Virus record (IMG/VR): IMGVR_UViG_3300020042_007659 | Span: 1 to 28,994 of that record | Reading direction: 5' to 3' (one strand) | Length of the DNA: 28,994 nucleotides | Source: a virus | Lineage: Duplodnaviria; Caudoviricetes | Shown here: positions 1 to 8,674 of the stretch, piece by piece | How the letters are laid out: the number at the start of each line of letters is the position of its first letter | Position numbering within the stretch: the stretch's first letter is position 1 | Program-made: the position numbers and the translations under genes | Notes under the pieces: generated by a model | The model's database searches: none | Told to the model about the DNA's origin: nothing | What the model saw: only the letters and a program-made list of their open reading frames with translations

Positions 1-43
1 TTAACATTTGAATTATATCCTTTTTAATTTTAAAAAATAACTA

Positions 44-940
44 ATGCCATTCGCTGTTTTATCATCATTTCAAAAGAATTTAATTTTACCACCAGAACCA
101 CCAGCACCGGTAGTATCAGCTTTTATAGTTGCTACGGGTGGTGTTGTATCAACATCTGGTTCTTATAAAATTCACTCATTTACATCATCTGCTGATTTTA
201 TCATTAGTAGTTTAGGTTCTGTTCCTGCTAACAATAACGTAGAATACCTTATTATTGGTGGTGGAGGTGGTGCTGGAGGTCAACTTAATGATACTGGTGG
301 AGGAGGAGGAGGCGGTGGTAGTAGATACCATGCTACTGCTAGTTTTGCAATAACAGCTAGTGGAACATTTACCGCTACAATTGGTGCTGGTGGTGCAGGT
401 GGAAGTAATTCAAACGGATCAAATGGAAACAATACTACATTTTTAGGAGTAACAGCTGTAGGTGGTGGATATGGTGGTAAAGGTGGAGGTAATGCTGGTG
501 GAACTGGAGGTTCAGGTGGAGGTGGTGGATGGAATAATGGTGGTCCAGGAGGTCAAGATTCATCATTTGGTGGTACAGGAAATGCAGCATCAGGTAATTC
601 TCCAGGTGGTTCTCCATACAATGGTAATGGAGGTGCAGGTGCAAATGCTGCAAATAGTGGTGGTACTGGAGGTCAAGGTATAAGTAATTCTATAAATGGT
701 ACTGCTACAGTTTATGCTTCTGGTGGTGGTGGAGGTGGTAGTAATCCTAGTCCAGGACCTCTGTTTTTAGGTGGAACTAATGCTGGTGATGGTGGTGGAC
801 TTAATCAAAATGGTAGTAATGGAGTAGCAAATACAGGAGCCGGAGGTGGTGGTGGTGGTAATGCAGGTGCACCTAATAGTCCAACCGGTGGTACTGGTGG
901 ATCAGGAATAGTAGTAGTTAAATATCAATATCAAGCTTAA
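44..940 (+). CDS. Glycine-rich virion/tail-associated protein
   Basis: 298 aa ORF. Has 'ATGG...YKIHSFTSS', 'EYLIIGGGGGAG' and terminal 'GGTGGSGIVVVKY', the hallmarks of the Gly-rich domain common in aquatic phage tail modules. Confidence 0.7.
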   Translation: MPFAVLSSFQKNLILPPEPPAPVVSAFIVATGGVVSTSGSYKIHSFTSSADFIISSLGSVPANNNVEYLIIGGGGGAGGQLNDTGGGGGGGGSRYHATASFAITASGTFTATIGAGGAGGSNSNGSNGNNTTFLGVTAVGGGYGGKGGGNAGGTGGSGGGGGWNNGGPGGQDSSFGGTGNAASGNSPGGSPYNGNGGAGANAANSGGTGGQGISNSINGTATVYASGGGGGGSNPSPGPLFLGGTNAGDGGGLNQNGSNGVANTGAGGGGGGNAGAPNSPTGGTGGSGIVVVKYQYQA

Positions 941-943
941 TAT

Positions 944-1264
944 ATGGCACATTTTGCAAAAATAAATTTAGACACAAAATTAGTTGAGCAAGTAATAGTT
1001 GCTGAACAAGAATTTATAGACAAACAAACAGGTACATGGATTCAAACTTCATACAACAGCAGTATTAGAAAAAACTATGCTGGTATAGGTCACACTTATG
1101 ATTTTGATAAAGATGCATTTTATGCTCCTCAACCATATCCAAGTTGGATCTTAAATGAAGACACATGTCAATGGGAAGCCCCAGTTGCTTACCCAACAGA
1201 TGACAAAACATACAAATGGAATGAAGATGAATTAAACTGGGTAGAAACACTTAAATTAATATAA
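944..1264 (+). CDS. Conserved small phage protein that usually follows Gly-rich tail proteins (possible fibre-assembly factor)
   Basis: 106 aa with MAHFAK...WIQTSYN...RKNYAGIG...DAFYAPQPYPSW...WEAPVAYP pattern; starts 3 nt after the upstream stop. Confidence 0.6.
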   Translation: MAHFAKINLDTKLVEQVIVAEQEFIDKQTGTWIQTSYNSSIRKNYAGIGHTYDFDKDAFYAPQPYPSWILNEDTCQWEAPVAYPTDDKTYKWNEDELNWVETLKLI

Positions 1265-1265
1265 T

Positions 1266-1508
1266 ATGCCAATACCAAATCGTAAATCAGGCGAACAAGA
1301 ACAAGACTTCATTGGTCGCTGTGCTTCAAAATTAATTGGAGAAGAAGGATATGAGCGCGAACAAGCAGTAGCTATATGCTATCAACAATTATCAGTTCAT
1401 TTAACAATGGACAAAGAATGGCGCAAATCGTTCCTAAATCGCCCGAAGATACATGTCTTACGCAATACAAACGCGCTGGAACCAATCTCAAATGAAAATA
1501 GTATATAA
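1266..1508 (+). CDS. Small head-morphogenesis-associated protein (MPIP...E..FI.RC...QAVAICY module)
   Basis: 80 aa ORF coupled to the upstream gene and directly before scaffold and capsid; module recalled from phage head gene clusters. Confidence 0.5.
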   Translation: MPIPNRKSGEQEQDFIGRCASKLIGEEGYEREQAVAICYQQLSVHLTMDKEWRKSFLNRPKIHVLRNTNALEPISNENSI

Positions 1509-1524
1509 CGTTATAACAATATAA
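1490..1524 (+). promoter_or_regulatory. Putative late promoter AAATGAAAAT-N10-GTTATAACAATATAA for scaffold/capsid/tail tube
   Basis: Motif recurs upstream of several operon-first genes; the 15-mer GTTATAACAATATAA is identical at 16162. Confidence 0.55.
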
Positions 1525-1535
1525 ATTCAAAAACA

Positions 1536-2324
1536 ATGGATTCAAAACAAATTCTAAACAAAATTATCACCATGTTAGGCATGGAAGATAAGAAAGTAGA
1601 ATTAGGCGGTAATGCAAACGCAGGAGGCCCATTTTACGGTAAGTTAGAAAATGGAGATGCAGTTCAATCTGATTTCTTTGACGTAGGGCATACATTGCTT
1701 GTAGTTAAAGGAAGCGAATTGGTACCAGCTCCAGACGCTGACCACATTATTTATCTACCAGTTGGTTTAGCTGGTGGAACAAAAAGATATTTTATCACAA
1801 CCCAAGACGGTATTATTACATCAATGAACTTAGAAGACAATTATGGCGCTAAGAAAACAAATGTAAATTTTGCCTCACAAACCGAAACAAAAATGGAAAA
1901 AACATTAGAAACGACAGTAGACTTAGCAGAAAAAACAATGGATGAGAAGGATGCTGTTAAAAAAGAAGAAAAAATGCAAGAAGATTCATCTCGTCTTGAT
2001 TCATTAGAAGAGCAATTAAATCAACTACGTGTTGATATCGCTCAATTATTCGAAGCTATGAAAGGCAAAAAAGCTGAAGACATGGCTGTTGAAACTAAAG
2101 ATGAAGAAGCTGCTAGAAAGAAGCTTGAAGAAAAGGATGAAATGCAAGGTATGCCAAATAGCGGTGGACCAAGCAAAACCAACATGAGTGCTGCTAAAAA
2201 ATTCACAGGCGCACCAGTTGAAGACAAAGTAAATTTAGGCGGTATAGTTAAAAGCAATAATTTAGGAGACACAATGACTTCAGTATTAGCTAAAATGGCT
2301 GCAACCACTAGATTTACAAAATAA
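1536..2324 (+). CDS. Capsid scaffolding protein
   Basis: 262 aa immediately upstream of the major capsid gene; charged E/K-rich coiled-coil C-terminal half; N-terminal 'APDADH' beta region. Confidence 0.7.
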   Translation: MDSKQILNKIITMLGMEDKKVELGGNANAGGPFYGKLENGDAVQSDFFDVGHTLLVVKGSELVPAPDADHIIYLPVGLAGGTKRYFITTQDGIITSMNLEDNYGAKKTNVNFASQTETKMEKTLETTVDLAEKTMDEKDAVKKEEKMQEDSSRLDSLEEQLNQLRVDIAQLFEAMKGKKAEDMAVETKDEEAARKKLEEKDEMQGMPNSGGPSKTNMSAAKKFTGAPVEDKVNLGGIVKSNNLGDTMTSVLAKMAATTRFTK

Positions 2325-2354
2325 CATTAACTTAAAATTAAACATTAGTAAAAA

Positions 2355-3281
2355 ATGGCAACAACAGTATCAATTACTAGCACGTACGCGGGACAATTCT
2401 CAGGAAAATACATCGCTGCTGCATTATTATCTGCTCCAACACTTGATAAGGAGTACATAACTATCAAACCAAACATCAAGTACAAAGAGGTAGTTAAAAC
2501 ATTATCTCAAGCAAACATCATCGTAGATGCATCTTGTGATTTCACTGCAACAGGTTCAGTTACATTAGCTGAAAGAATCTTACAACCAGATGAGTTCCAA
2601 GTGAACACTCAATTATGTAAGCAAAACTTCAGAAGTGACTGGGAAGCTATCGAAATGGGCGTATCTGTTTACGATAATTTACCTGCATCATTCACTGATT
2701 TCTTAATTGCTAACACAGCAGGTCAAGTAGCTCAACAAATCGAGCAAAACATTTGGTCTGGTTCAGCTGCAGTAAATGGTCAATTCGCAGGTTTATTAGA
2801 TCAAATCAGTGCTTCTGCCGCTTTACCAGCTGCAAACTTCATCACTGGTTCTACAGTAACTTCTGCTTCTGTAATTTCAAACTTACAAACAGTAGTAAAC
2901 GCTATTCCTAACACAGTTTATGGTAAAGAAGATCTTTACATCTATGTTCCAACCAACGTTGTAAAGGCTTACCAAAACGCTTTAGGTACTGCAAACTACC
3001 AATTCAATTCATTCACTGGATTCGCTCCATTGAGCTATCAAGGTATCAATTTAGCATGGTGCCCAGGTATGCCTTCAAACACAATGATCGCTGCACAAAA
3101 GAGCAACTTGTTCTTCGGTACTGCATTATTAAGTGATAAGAATGAAGTTAAAGTATTAGACATGGCTGACTTAGATGGTTCTCAGAACGTTCGCGTTATC
3201 ATGAGATACACAGCTGGTGTACAAGCAGGTATCATAGGTGATATCGTTGTATTCAGTGCTAAGTTGTTCCCTACAGTTTAA
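2355..3281 (+). CDS. Major capsid protein
   Basis: 308 aa with strongly biased codons. MATTVSITSTYAGQFSGKYIAAALLS...DMADLDGSQNVRVIMRYTAG signature recalled from Bacteroidota phage capsids; follows the scaffold gene. Confidence 0.85.
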   Translation: MATTVSITSTYAGQFSGKYIAAALLSAPTLDKEYITIKPNIKYKEVVKTLSQANIIVDASCDFTATGSVTLAERILQPDEFQVNTQLCKQNFRSDWEAIEMGVSVYDNLPASFTDFLIANTAGQVAQQIEQNIWSGSAAVNGQFAGLLDQISASAALPAANFITGSTVTSASVISNLQTVVNAIPNTVYGKEDLYIYVPTNVVKAYQNALGTANYQFNSFTGFAPLSYQGINLAWCPGMPSNTMIAAQKSNLFFGTALLSDKNEVKVLDMADLDGSQNVRVIMRYTAGVQAGIIGDIVVFSAKLFPTV

Positions 3282-3359
3282 TAACTGAACAATATAGAAT
3301 AAGGGTGAAAAAGCCCCCATTTAACAAATTTGACTCAATCAAAATAAAAATTTAACAAC

Positions 3360-3905
3360 ATGGCATGTAATATTTCATTAGGATATAATGAACCTTGTAA
3401 AGACAGCATAGCTGGTCTTACGGCTGTGTATTTCATGAACTTCAACACTGGTAGCTTTACATTAAACGCTACTGACGTTGTAACTTCGTTCCCTACAGGT
3501 TCTACTGTTTTCAAGTATGAATTGAAAGGAACTAATGGATACACAGAAACTGTTAACACATCACGTGATAATGGTACTACATTCTTCAGTCAAGTGTTAA
3601 GTTTACAATTAAAGAAATTAGAAGCAACAGCAACTAAAGAATTTAAATTGTTAGCTTATTCTCGTCCTAAGATTGTTGTAGCAGATAGAAACGGTAATGC
3701 GTTTTTAGTTGGTAAGAACGAAGGTGCTGATATGACTGCTGGTACAATTACCACAGGTACAGCATATGGTGACCTATCAGGTTACACATTAGAATTTACC
3801 GGTCAAGAACCTTTACCAGCTAATTTCATTAGCGGTTCAACTCTAGCTAATCCGTTTGCAGGTGTGAGCAATGCTCCGACTGTAGTTTACGGTACAAATA
3901 GCTAA
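3360..3905 (+). CDS. Major tail (tube) protein
   Basis: 181 aa; MAC..S.G..EPCKD..G start and 'SRDNGTTFFSQ.L...GD.SGY.LEFTG.E' pattern; co-transcribed with the capsid and followed by a strong terminator. Confidence 0.65.
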   Translation: MACNISLGYNEPCKDSIAGLTAVYFMNFNTGSFTLNATDVVTSFPTGSTVFKYELKGTNGYTETVNTSRDNGTTFFSQVLSLQLKKLEATATKEFKLLAYSRPKIVVADRNGNAFLVGKNEGADMTAGTITTGTAYGDLSGYTLEFTGQEPLPANFISGSTLANPFAGVSNAPTVVYGTNS

Positions 3906-3945
3906 TACAGAGACTCACAATACTCTGTCTATCTATAGATCCCTT

Positions 3946-3974
3946 AGTGCCCGCTTTCTGCGGGCACTTTTTTT
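3946..3974 (+). terminator. Rho-independent terminator
   Basis: Perfect 9-bp stem AGTGCCCGC/GCGGGCACT with TTTCT loop, followed by a T run. Confidence 0.9.
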
Positions 3975-3982
3975 GTTCAATC

Positions 3983-4008
3983 AAATAAAAATAAAACTGG
4001 TGGTTATA
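3983..4008 (+). promoter_or_regulatory. Putative late promoter AAATAAAAAT-N10-GTTATA
   Basis: Directly after the terminator and before the next operon; same spacing as the motifs at 1490 and 25025. Confidence 0.5.
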
Positions 4009-4013
4009 GCATC

Positions 4014-4376
4014 ATGAATATAGTAACTCCGAACGCTACAGGATCAGTTAAGTTTTCAGTACGTACGCGTCCTACACAATCATATTCTCCTTTTCGTGTC
4101 AAAATGTATTGGACAAATGAAGAGAGTAATGTAACTGGTAGTGAAATAGTAACTGCGTCTTATAATTCAAATGATTTTTTAAATGTAACTGCTTCTGCTT
4201 TATATGCATCAGCAAGTAACTTCTTTGCTATTCATTTATTTCAAATGAGTGGTAGTGTAGAATGTAATGAATTATATAGAGGCGAATTATTCCCAACAAC
4301 ACAATCAGCAATAATAAGAAATAGTGAACCATTGTTCTCATACACAGGTAGCAATGATCAATATATAATATTCTAA
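4014..4376 (+). CDS. Putative virion structural protein (head-closure/neck region)
   Basis: 120 aa beta-rich ORF coupled to the portal gene; very dense in TGS/TAS/SGS motifs like other virion proteins here. Confidence 0.5.
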   Translation: MNIVTPNATGSVKFSVRTRPTQSYSPFRVKMYWTNEESNVTGSEIVTASYNSNDFLNVTASALYASASNFFAIHLFQMSGSVECNELYRGELFPTTQSAIIRNSEPLFSYTGSNDQYIIF

Positions 4377-4377
4377 T

Positions 4378-5691
4378 ATGGAAAATAAAAATACAGTACC
4401 AAACGGAAACGGAAAAGGTGTAGTTAAAGTAATTAACTTATCAGGAGGTTACATCATACCTAGAATATCAGAATCAGCTAAAAGTCGTAAGGCATGGGTT
4501 GAATTTGGTATTGATGGAATGGATGATTTCTTTAATACGTTAATCAAACGCTACGAAACATCTCCAACTAACCAAGCATGTATTGATGGTACAACAGATC
4601 TAATTTATGGTAAAGGTGTTAAAGCAAAAGATAGACTCGATTTAGAAGAATATCTGTACTCATTAACTACTGAAGATGAAATTCGTAAAATAGCATTTGA
4701 TTATAAGTTATTTGGTAACGCAGCTGTTCAATGTGTATTGAATGAAGATAGAAGTAAAGTAATTAATTTCTATCACTTACCAGTAGACACATTACGTGAT
4801 GAGAAAGTAAATGAAGAAGGTATTATACCTGGATTTTACTATTCAGCTGATTGGACAAACAAAAACATTAAACCAAAATACATTCCTGCATTTGGTCAAA
4901 ACCAATTTGAAGATGATGTGCAGGTAATTTATATGAAGCGCTACGCTCCAGGTAAATTCTACTATGGTATTCCTGATTGGTATTCGTCATTGCAATATTG
5001 TGCTGTAGAAGAAGAAGTATCTAACTTACACATCAACAACATATTAAATAACTTCATGCCTAGCACAATCATTAACTTTAATGGTGGTGTACCTGCAGTT
5101 GAAGAACAAGCATTAGTAGAAAACAGCATTGCAAATAAATTTACAGGTACTACTAACGCAGGTAGATTTATTTTATCATTTAATGATAATCCAGAATATA
5201 AAACAACTGTTGAAATGTTGCGTCCAGAAAACCTACATCAGCAGTATGATTTCATCGCTGAGGAATCATCTCGTAAGATTATGTTAGCACATAGAATTAC
5301 TTCACAAATGCTATTCGGTATTAAAACAGCATCTGGATTTAGTTCAAACGCTGATGAATTAAAAACAGCATATGAAATTATGTTAGCATTAGTTATACAA
5401 CCATTCCAACAAGAGATAGTTAAAGTTATCCAAGGTATAGTTGAATTTAATGGTGTAGAAGGTGAATCATTATACTTCGCTCCATTGATTCCATTTGGTT
5501 TCTTAGCTGAATTAATGGAAGATGCAGGAGCTGCTAACGCAAAAGAAATGATTGAAAATCCAAATGACGTACCTGATGCAGTTGCAGAACCAAGTGTTGG
5601 TGATAATGCAGATGAAACACAAGCAGAAAATCCAAACGAAACAATTGGTGAAGTTGTTGGACCAGAAAATACAGGAGTACAAGGTACTTAA
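4378..5691 (+). CDS. Portal protein
   Basis: 437 aa; 'SPTNQACI.G...IYGKG', 'D.KLFGNA', 'YYG.PDW', 'N.F.PS.II.F', 'I..AHRI.S.MLFGI' match the HK97/PBSX-like portal pattern; acidic C-terminal tail. Confidence 0.85.
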   Translation: MENKNTVPNGNGKGVVKVINLSGGYIIPRISESAKSRKAWVEFGIDGMDDFFNTLIKRYETSPTNQACIDGTTDLIYGKGVKAKDRLDLEEYLYSLTTEDEIRKIAFDYKLFGNAAVQCVLNEDRSKVINFYHLPVDTLRDEKVNEEGIIPGFYYSADWTNKNIKPKYIPAFGQNQFEDDVQVIYMKRYAPGKFYYGIPDWYSSLQYCAVEEEVSNLHINNILNNFMPSTIINFNGGVPAVEEQALVENSIANKFTGTTNAGRFILSFNDNPEYKTTVEMLRPENLHQQYDFIAEESSRKIMLAHRITSQMLFGIKTASGFSSNADELKTAYEIMLALVIQPFQQEIVKVIQGIVEFNGVEGESLYFAPLIPFGFLAELMEDAGAANAKEMIENPNDVPDAVAEPSVGDNADETQAENPNETIGEVVGPENTGVQGT

Positions 5692-5711
5692 TAATATAAA
5701 ACTAAAAGATA

Positions 5712-6227
5712 ATGAGCTTAAATATTTTAATGTGTTCTAGAAATGATATTGTCAAGAGAACACCTCTAGGCGGTAATATTGATCCAGAAAAAATCATACC
5801 GTTTGTAAAAACAGCACAAGACAAATACATTTTGATTGCGTTAGGCAGTGTACTATATGATAAATTACAAGATGATATTGCCGCAAATACTCTAACAGGT
5901 AATTATAGAATATTAGTTAATGAATATATTATTGATACTCTCGTTCACTATGCAATGGTTGAAGCATTACCATTTTTGTCTTACACTATAGCAAATGGTG
6001 GTATTGTAAAAAACATTAGTTCAGAACAAGCAACATCTCCAAACAAATCAGAAGTAGATTATTTACTACAAAAAGAATTAGCAACGGCTCAGTTCTATGC
6101 TGAACGTTTAACTACATACTTAATTGCATTTAGTAGCAGCTACCCTGAATATTTGGCTACTACAGGATTCAGTAATAACGTTTATCCAGATAAAGGACAA
6201 CAATACAGAAACGGATGGGTAATCTAA
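5712..6227 (+). CDS. Head-tail adaptor/connector protein
   Basis: 171 aa helical protein after the portal; 'GNID...I.PF...AQD..I...LG..LY.KL' pattern. Confidence 0.6.
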   Translation: MSLNILMCSRNDIVKRTPLGGNIDPEKIIPFVKTAQDKYILIALGSVLYDKLQDDIAANTLTGNYRILVNEYIIDTLVHYAMVEALPFLSYTIANGGIVKNISSEQATSPNKSEVDYLLQKELATAQFYAERLTTYLIAFSSSYPEYLATTGFSNNVYPDKGQQYRNGWVI

Positions 6228-6385
6228 ACAAAACATATCTAGGTTATAGACCTAAAAATGATAATTTGACTAAATTAGCGCAGTATTTGACCGCTAAAAA
6301 CGGTTCTAAAACCGCTAACAACGCGTTAAATACTAAGTTTGCTAATTTGTCATCAAATAAAGTACTCAAAAATAAACGCTTTTAA
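6215..6385 (+). CDS. Small basic hypothetical protein (56 aa, not in ORF track)
   Basis: ATG at 6215 overlaps the upstream gene and TAA at 6383-6385 abuts the next ATG; MGNLNKTYLGYRPKNDNLTKLAQYL... exactly fills the gap. Confidence 0.6.
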   Translation: MGNLNKTYLGYRPKNDNLTKLAQYLTAKNGSKTANNALNTKFANLSSNKVLKNKRF

Positions 6386-6907
6386 ATGCAAACATTTTAT
6401 TCATTTACTAACTTCTTTAACAACGTTTGTTTGGCGCACCCGAACATTACTACGTTTACTTTAGGTGATATCTACAACATTGATATGTCTAAACAGACCT
6501 TGTTTCCATTAGCACATTTAATTGTTAATAACGTTGCGATTGATTCTGGTATAATGACATACAACGTTACATTATTAGTAATGGATAGAGTACAAGACAT
6601 AACTCAAGATTCAGCAGGTCCATACAACACATTAGTTAAAAACTATAAAGATGTAACAAACATACTCGATGTGTGGAATACGTCTTTAATGACAATAAAT
6701 GACGTAACGTCTTACATATACAGAAATCCAGATGCATATTCTTATAATGTAATTGGTTCTTCACTAGCTACTCCATTTGATGAAAGATTTGATAATTTGC
6801 TTGCTGGATTTAGTATTGATATGAACGTAGCAGTTGGTAATGAAAATCCGATATGTGCAATTTCTTTAAGTGATACTTTAGCAAACGGTGGTGACAATGT
6901 ATGTTAG
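6386..6907 (+). CDS. Tail terminator/completion-like protein
   Basis: 173 aa acidic protein with 'FPLAHL' and 'PF.ERFDN.LAG' motifs, located in the head-tail joining cluster. Confidence 0.55.
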   Translation: MQTFYSFTNFFNNVCLAHPNITTFTLGDIYNIDMSKQTLFPLAHLIVNNVAIDSGIMTYNVTLLVMDRVQDITQDSAGPYNTLVKNYKDVTNILDVWNTSLMTINDVTSYIYRNPDAYSYNVIGSSLATPFDERFDNLLAGFSIDMNVAVGNENPICAISLSDTLANGGDNVC

Positions 6908-7374
6908 ATCCAGAAGTTATAAAAGCAGAACAAGCATGGGCTCAACAAGTAGTCACGAATGCTAAGTCTATTCTAATACAAAATAGAAAAGTTGCTAGCG
7001 GTCGGCTAGTTAACTCTGTTAGATACAACGTAAATTCTCAAGGCAAGATTAGTTTTTTATATGATATAGATGGTAAATGGGTAACTCAAGGTAGACGAAG
7101 AGGTAGCCGTTTTCCACCGCCAGCACCTATCTCAAGATGGATTAAGGAAAAAGGTATACAAGGTAGAGATAAAAAAGGTAGGTTTATTTCTAATAAATCA
7201 CTTACATTTTTGATTAGTAGAGCAATTGCACGTGATGGTATCAAGCCATTGCCATTTATGAAGATGGCTATAGATAAATCAATTAAACAATTAGGTAAAG
7301 ATTTAAAAAAATCACTAGCTAAAGTTGAAGTAAAACGTTGGAAAAATGCAATTGCAAAGTTAGCCAAACCATAA
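6901..7374 (+). CDS. Neck/tail-completion protein, HK97 gp10-like
   Basis: 157 aa basic protein with 'ASGRLVNSV', 'PP...I..WI..KG' and 'I...GIKP.PF' motifs. Confidence 0.6.
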   Translation: MLDPEVIKAEQAWAQQVVTNAKSILIQNRKVASGRLVNSVRYNVNSQGKISFLYDIDGKWVTQGRRRGSRFPPPAPISRWIKEKGIQGRDKKGRFISNKSLTFLISRAIARDGIKPLPFMKMAIDKSIKQLGKDLKKSLAKVEVKRWKNAIAKLAKP

Positions 7375-7394
7375 AATCACATTTTAATGTTATA
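7370..7394 (+). promoter_or_regulatory. Putative late promoter (CATAAAAT-N11-GTTATA)
   Basis: GTTATA in the short intergenic gap before the tail operon; partial match to the upstream element. Confidence 0.35.
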
Positions 7395-7399
7395 ATGAT

Positions 7400-8674
7400 A
7401 TGTCAATAACAGTATTACAAAAACCATCAGATATTCAAGCAGCACAATCACCGATTGTGTTTTCTGTTATTACTAGCGGCAGTCAAGCATATACAGCTAG
7501 TGAATTTCAGTACACCGCTAATTTATATATTTGGAGTGGAAATATGAGTCAATCAGGTTCATATATCTATCAAGCACGCAAATATCCAAACCAATCAGGA
7601 TCAGGTATATTTGATTTTAGTAGAATGATTAATTCAACATTAACTGATTTAGCTGCTACTAACGAGTCTAATATAAAATATTATAAAGTTGATTTTGGTT
7701 TTCAATACGAATCTGGTAGTACTTATGTTACACAATCAGGTGCATTAACACCTGTTAGTTGTTCTACTGGTGGTACTATGTTTAAATCATATGATGGTTA
7801 TTCTATATTCCCAGATCCAATTAATTCTAGTTTATATCAAACTGATATAAATTTTCCATTTTTAACTGATGCTGGTGGATACGTTGGTGTTACTCAATCA
7901 GTAACTCTAGATACACCAAGTAGAATAGGTAATTATCAAAAAGGATTAAGCATATGGATTGGAGCTAGTGATACAACTTCTGGTGTTCCTACAGCAATTA
8001 GTGGTGCATTTACTTATGCAAACGGAACAACAACAGGAGCTGTAGTTAATATTTCAACATTAGGAACTAGATTAAATACTACTTCAAGTACTCAAATAGT
8101 TCATTTACCATCAGCACCTGGAGATAATAGTTGGTCTACTTACTGGCCTACAACAACTAATTTAACATCATATTATTTTACTGCTTATAGTGGTAGTACA
8201 GCAATATCTTACCCAGTTCCTTATGTTGTTGAATGTGCTTACTATTATGAGCCAGTATTAATTGCTTGGAAAAATAGATATGGTCAATTTGATTTCTTAA
8301 ATTTCTACAAACGTCACAATAATACATTTAATACAGATCAGCGTGTATATCAACCACAATTAGGTACTTGGCAATCATCAACATTATCTTATAATCAATA
8401 TCAAACCAGACAACAACGTTATATCGTCGATGCAACTGAAGTATTAGATTGTAATACTGACTGGTTGCAAGAAGGATATAATGAATTATTTAAACAACTA
8501 TTAGTATCTGATGAAATTTATTGGATATATGATAATTTAAATTTAACAACTACTTTAGTTAAACCACTAACAATACAAACAAACAGCCTTCAATTTAAAA
8601 CAGGCGTCAATAATAAATTAATTCAATACACAATAACATTCGACATTGGTCAACCATATAAACTAATTCTGTAA
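7400..8674 (+). CDS. Tail protein (distal tail/baseplate-associated)
   Basis: 424 aa; C-terminal 'W.N.YG.FD...F' and 'NTDW..E.YNE.F.QLL.S..I' region; TAATG coupling to the next tail gene. Confidence 0.6.
   Translation: MSITVLQKPSDIQAAQSPIVFSVITSGSQAYTASEFQYTANLYIWSGNMSQSGSYIYQARKYPNQSGSGIFDFSRMINSTLTDLAATNESNIKYYKVDFGFQYESGSTYVTQSGALTPVSCSTGGTMFKSYDGYSIFPDPINSSLYQTDINFPFLTDAGGYVGVTQSVTLDTPSRIGNYQKGLSIWIGASDTTSGVPTAISGAFTYANGTTTGAVVNISTLGTRLNTTSSTQIVHLPSAPGDNSWSTYWPTTTNLTSYYFTAYSGSTAISYPVPYVVECAYYYEPVLIAWKNRYGQFDFLNFYKRHNNTFNTDQRVYQPQLGTWQSSTLSYNQYQTRQQRYIVDATEVLDCNTDWLQEGYNELFKQLLVSDEIYWIYDNLNLTTTLVKPLTIQTNSLQFKTGVNNKLIQYTITFDIGQPYKLIL

Noticed and set aside
435-683. His/Leu-rich - strand ORF and Val-rich alternative + frame ORF
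   Set aside because: Shadows of the GGT/GGA glycine codon runs in 44..940.
3303-3318. Terminator between capsid and tail tube genes (GGGTGAAAAAGCCC)
   Set aside because: Stem is only 3-4 bp with no proper U tract; at most a weak pause.
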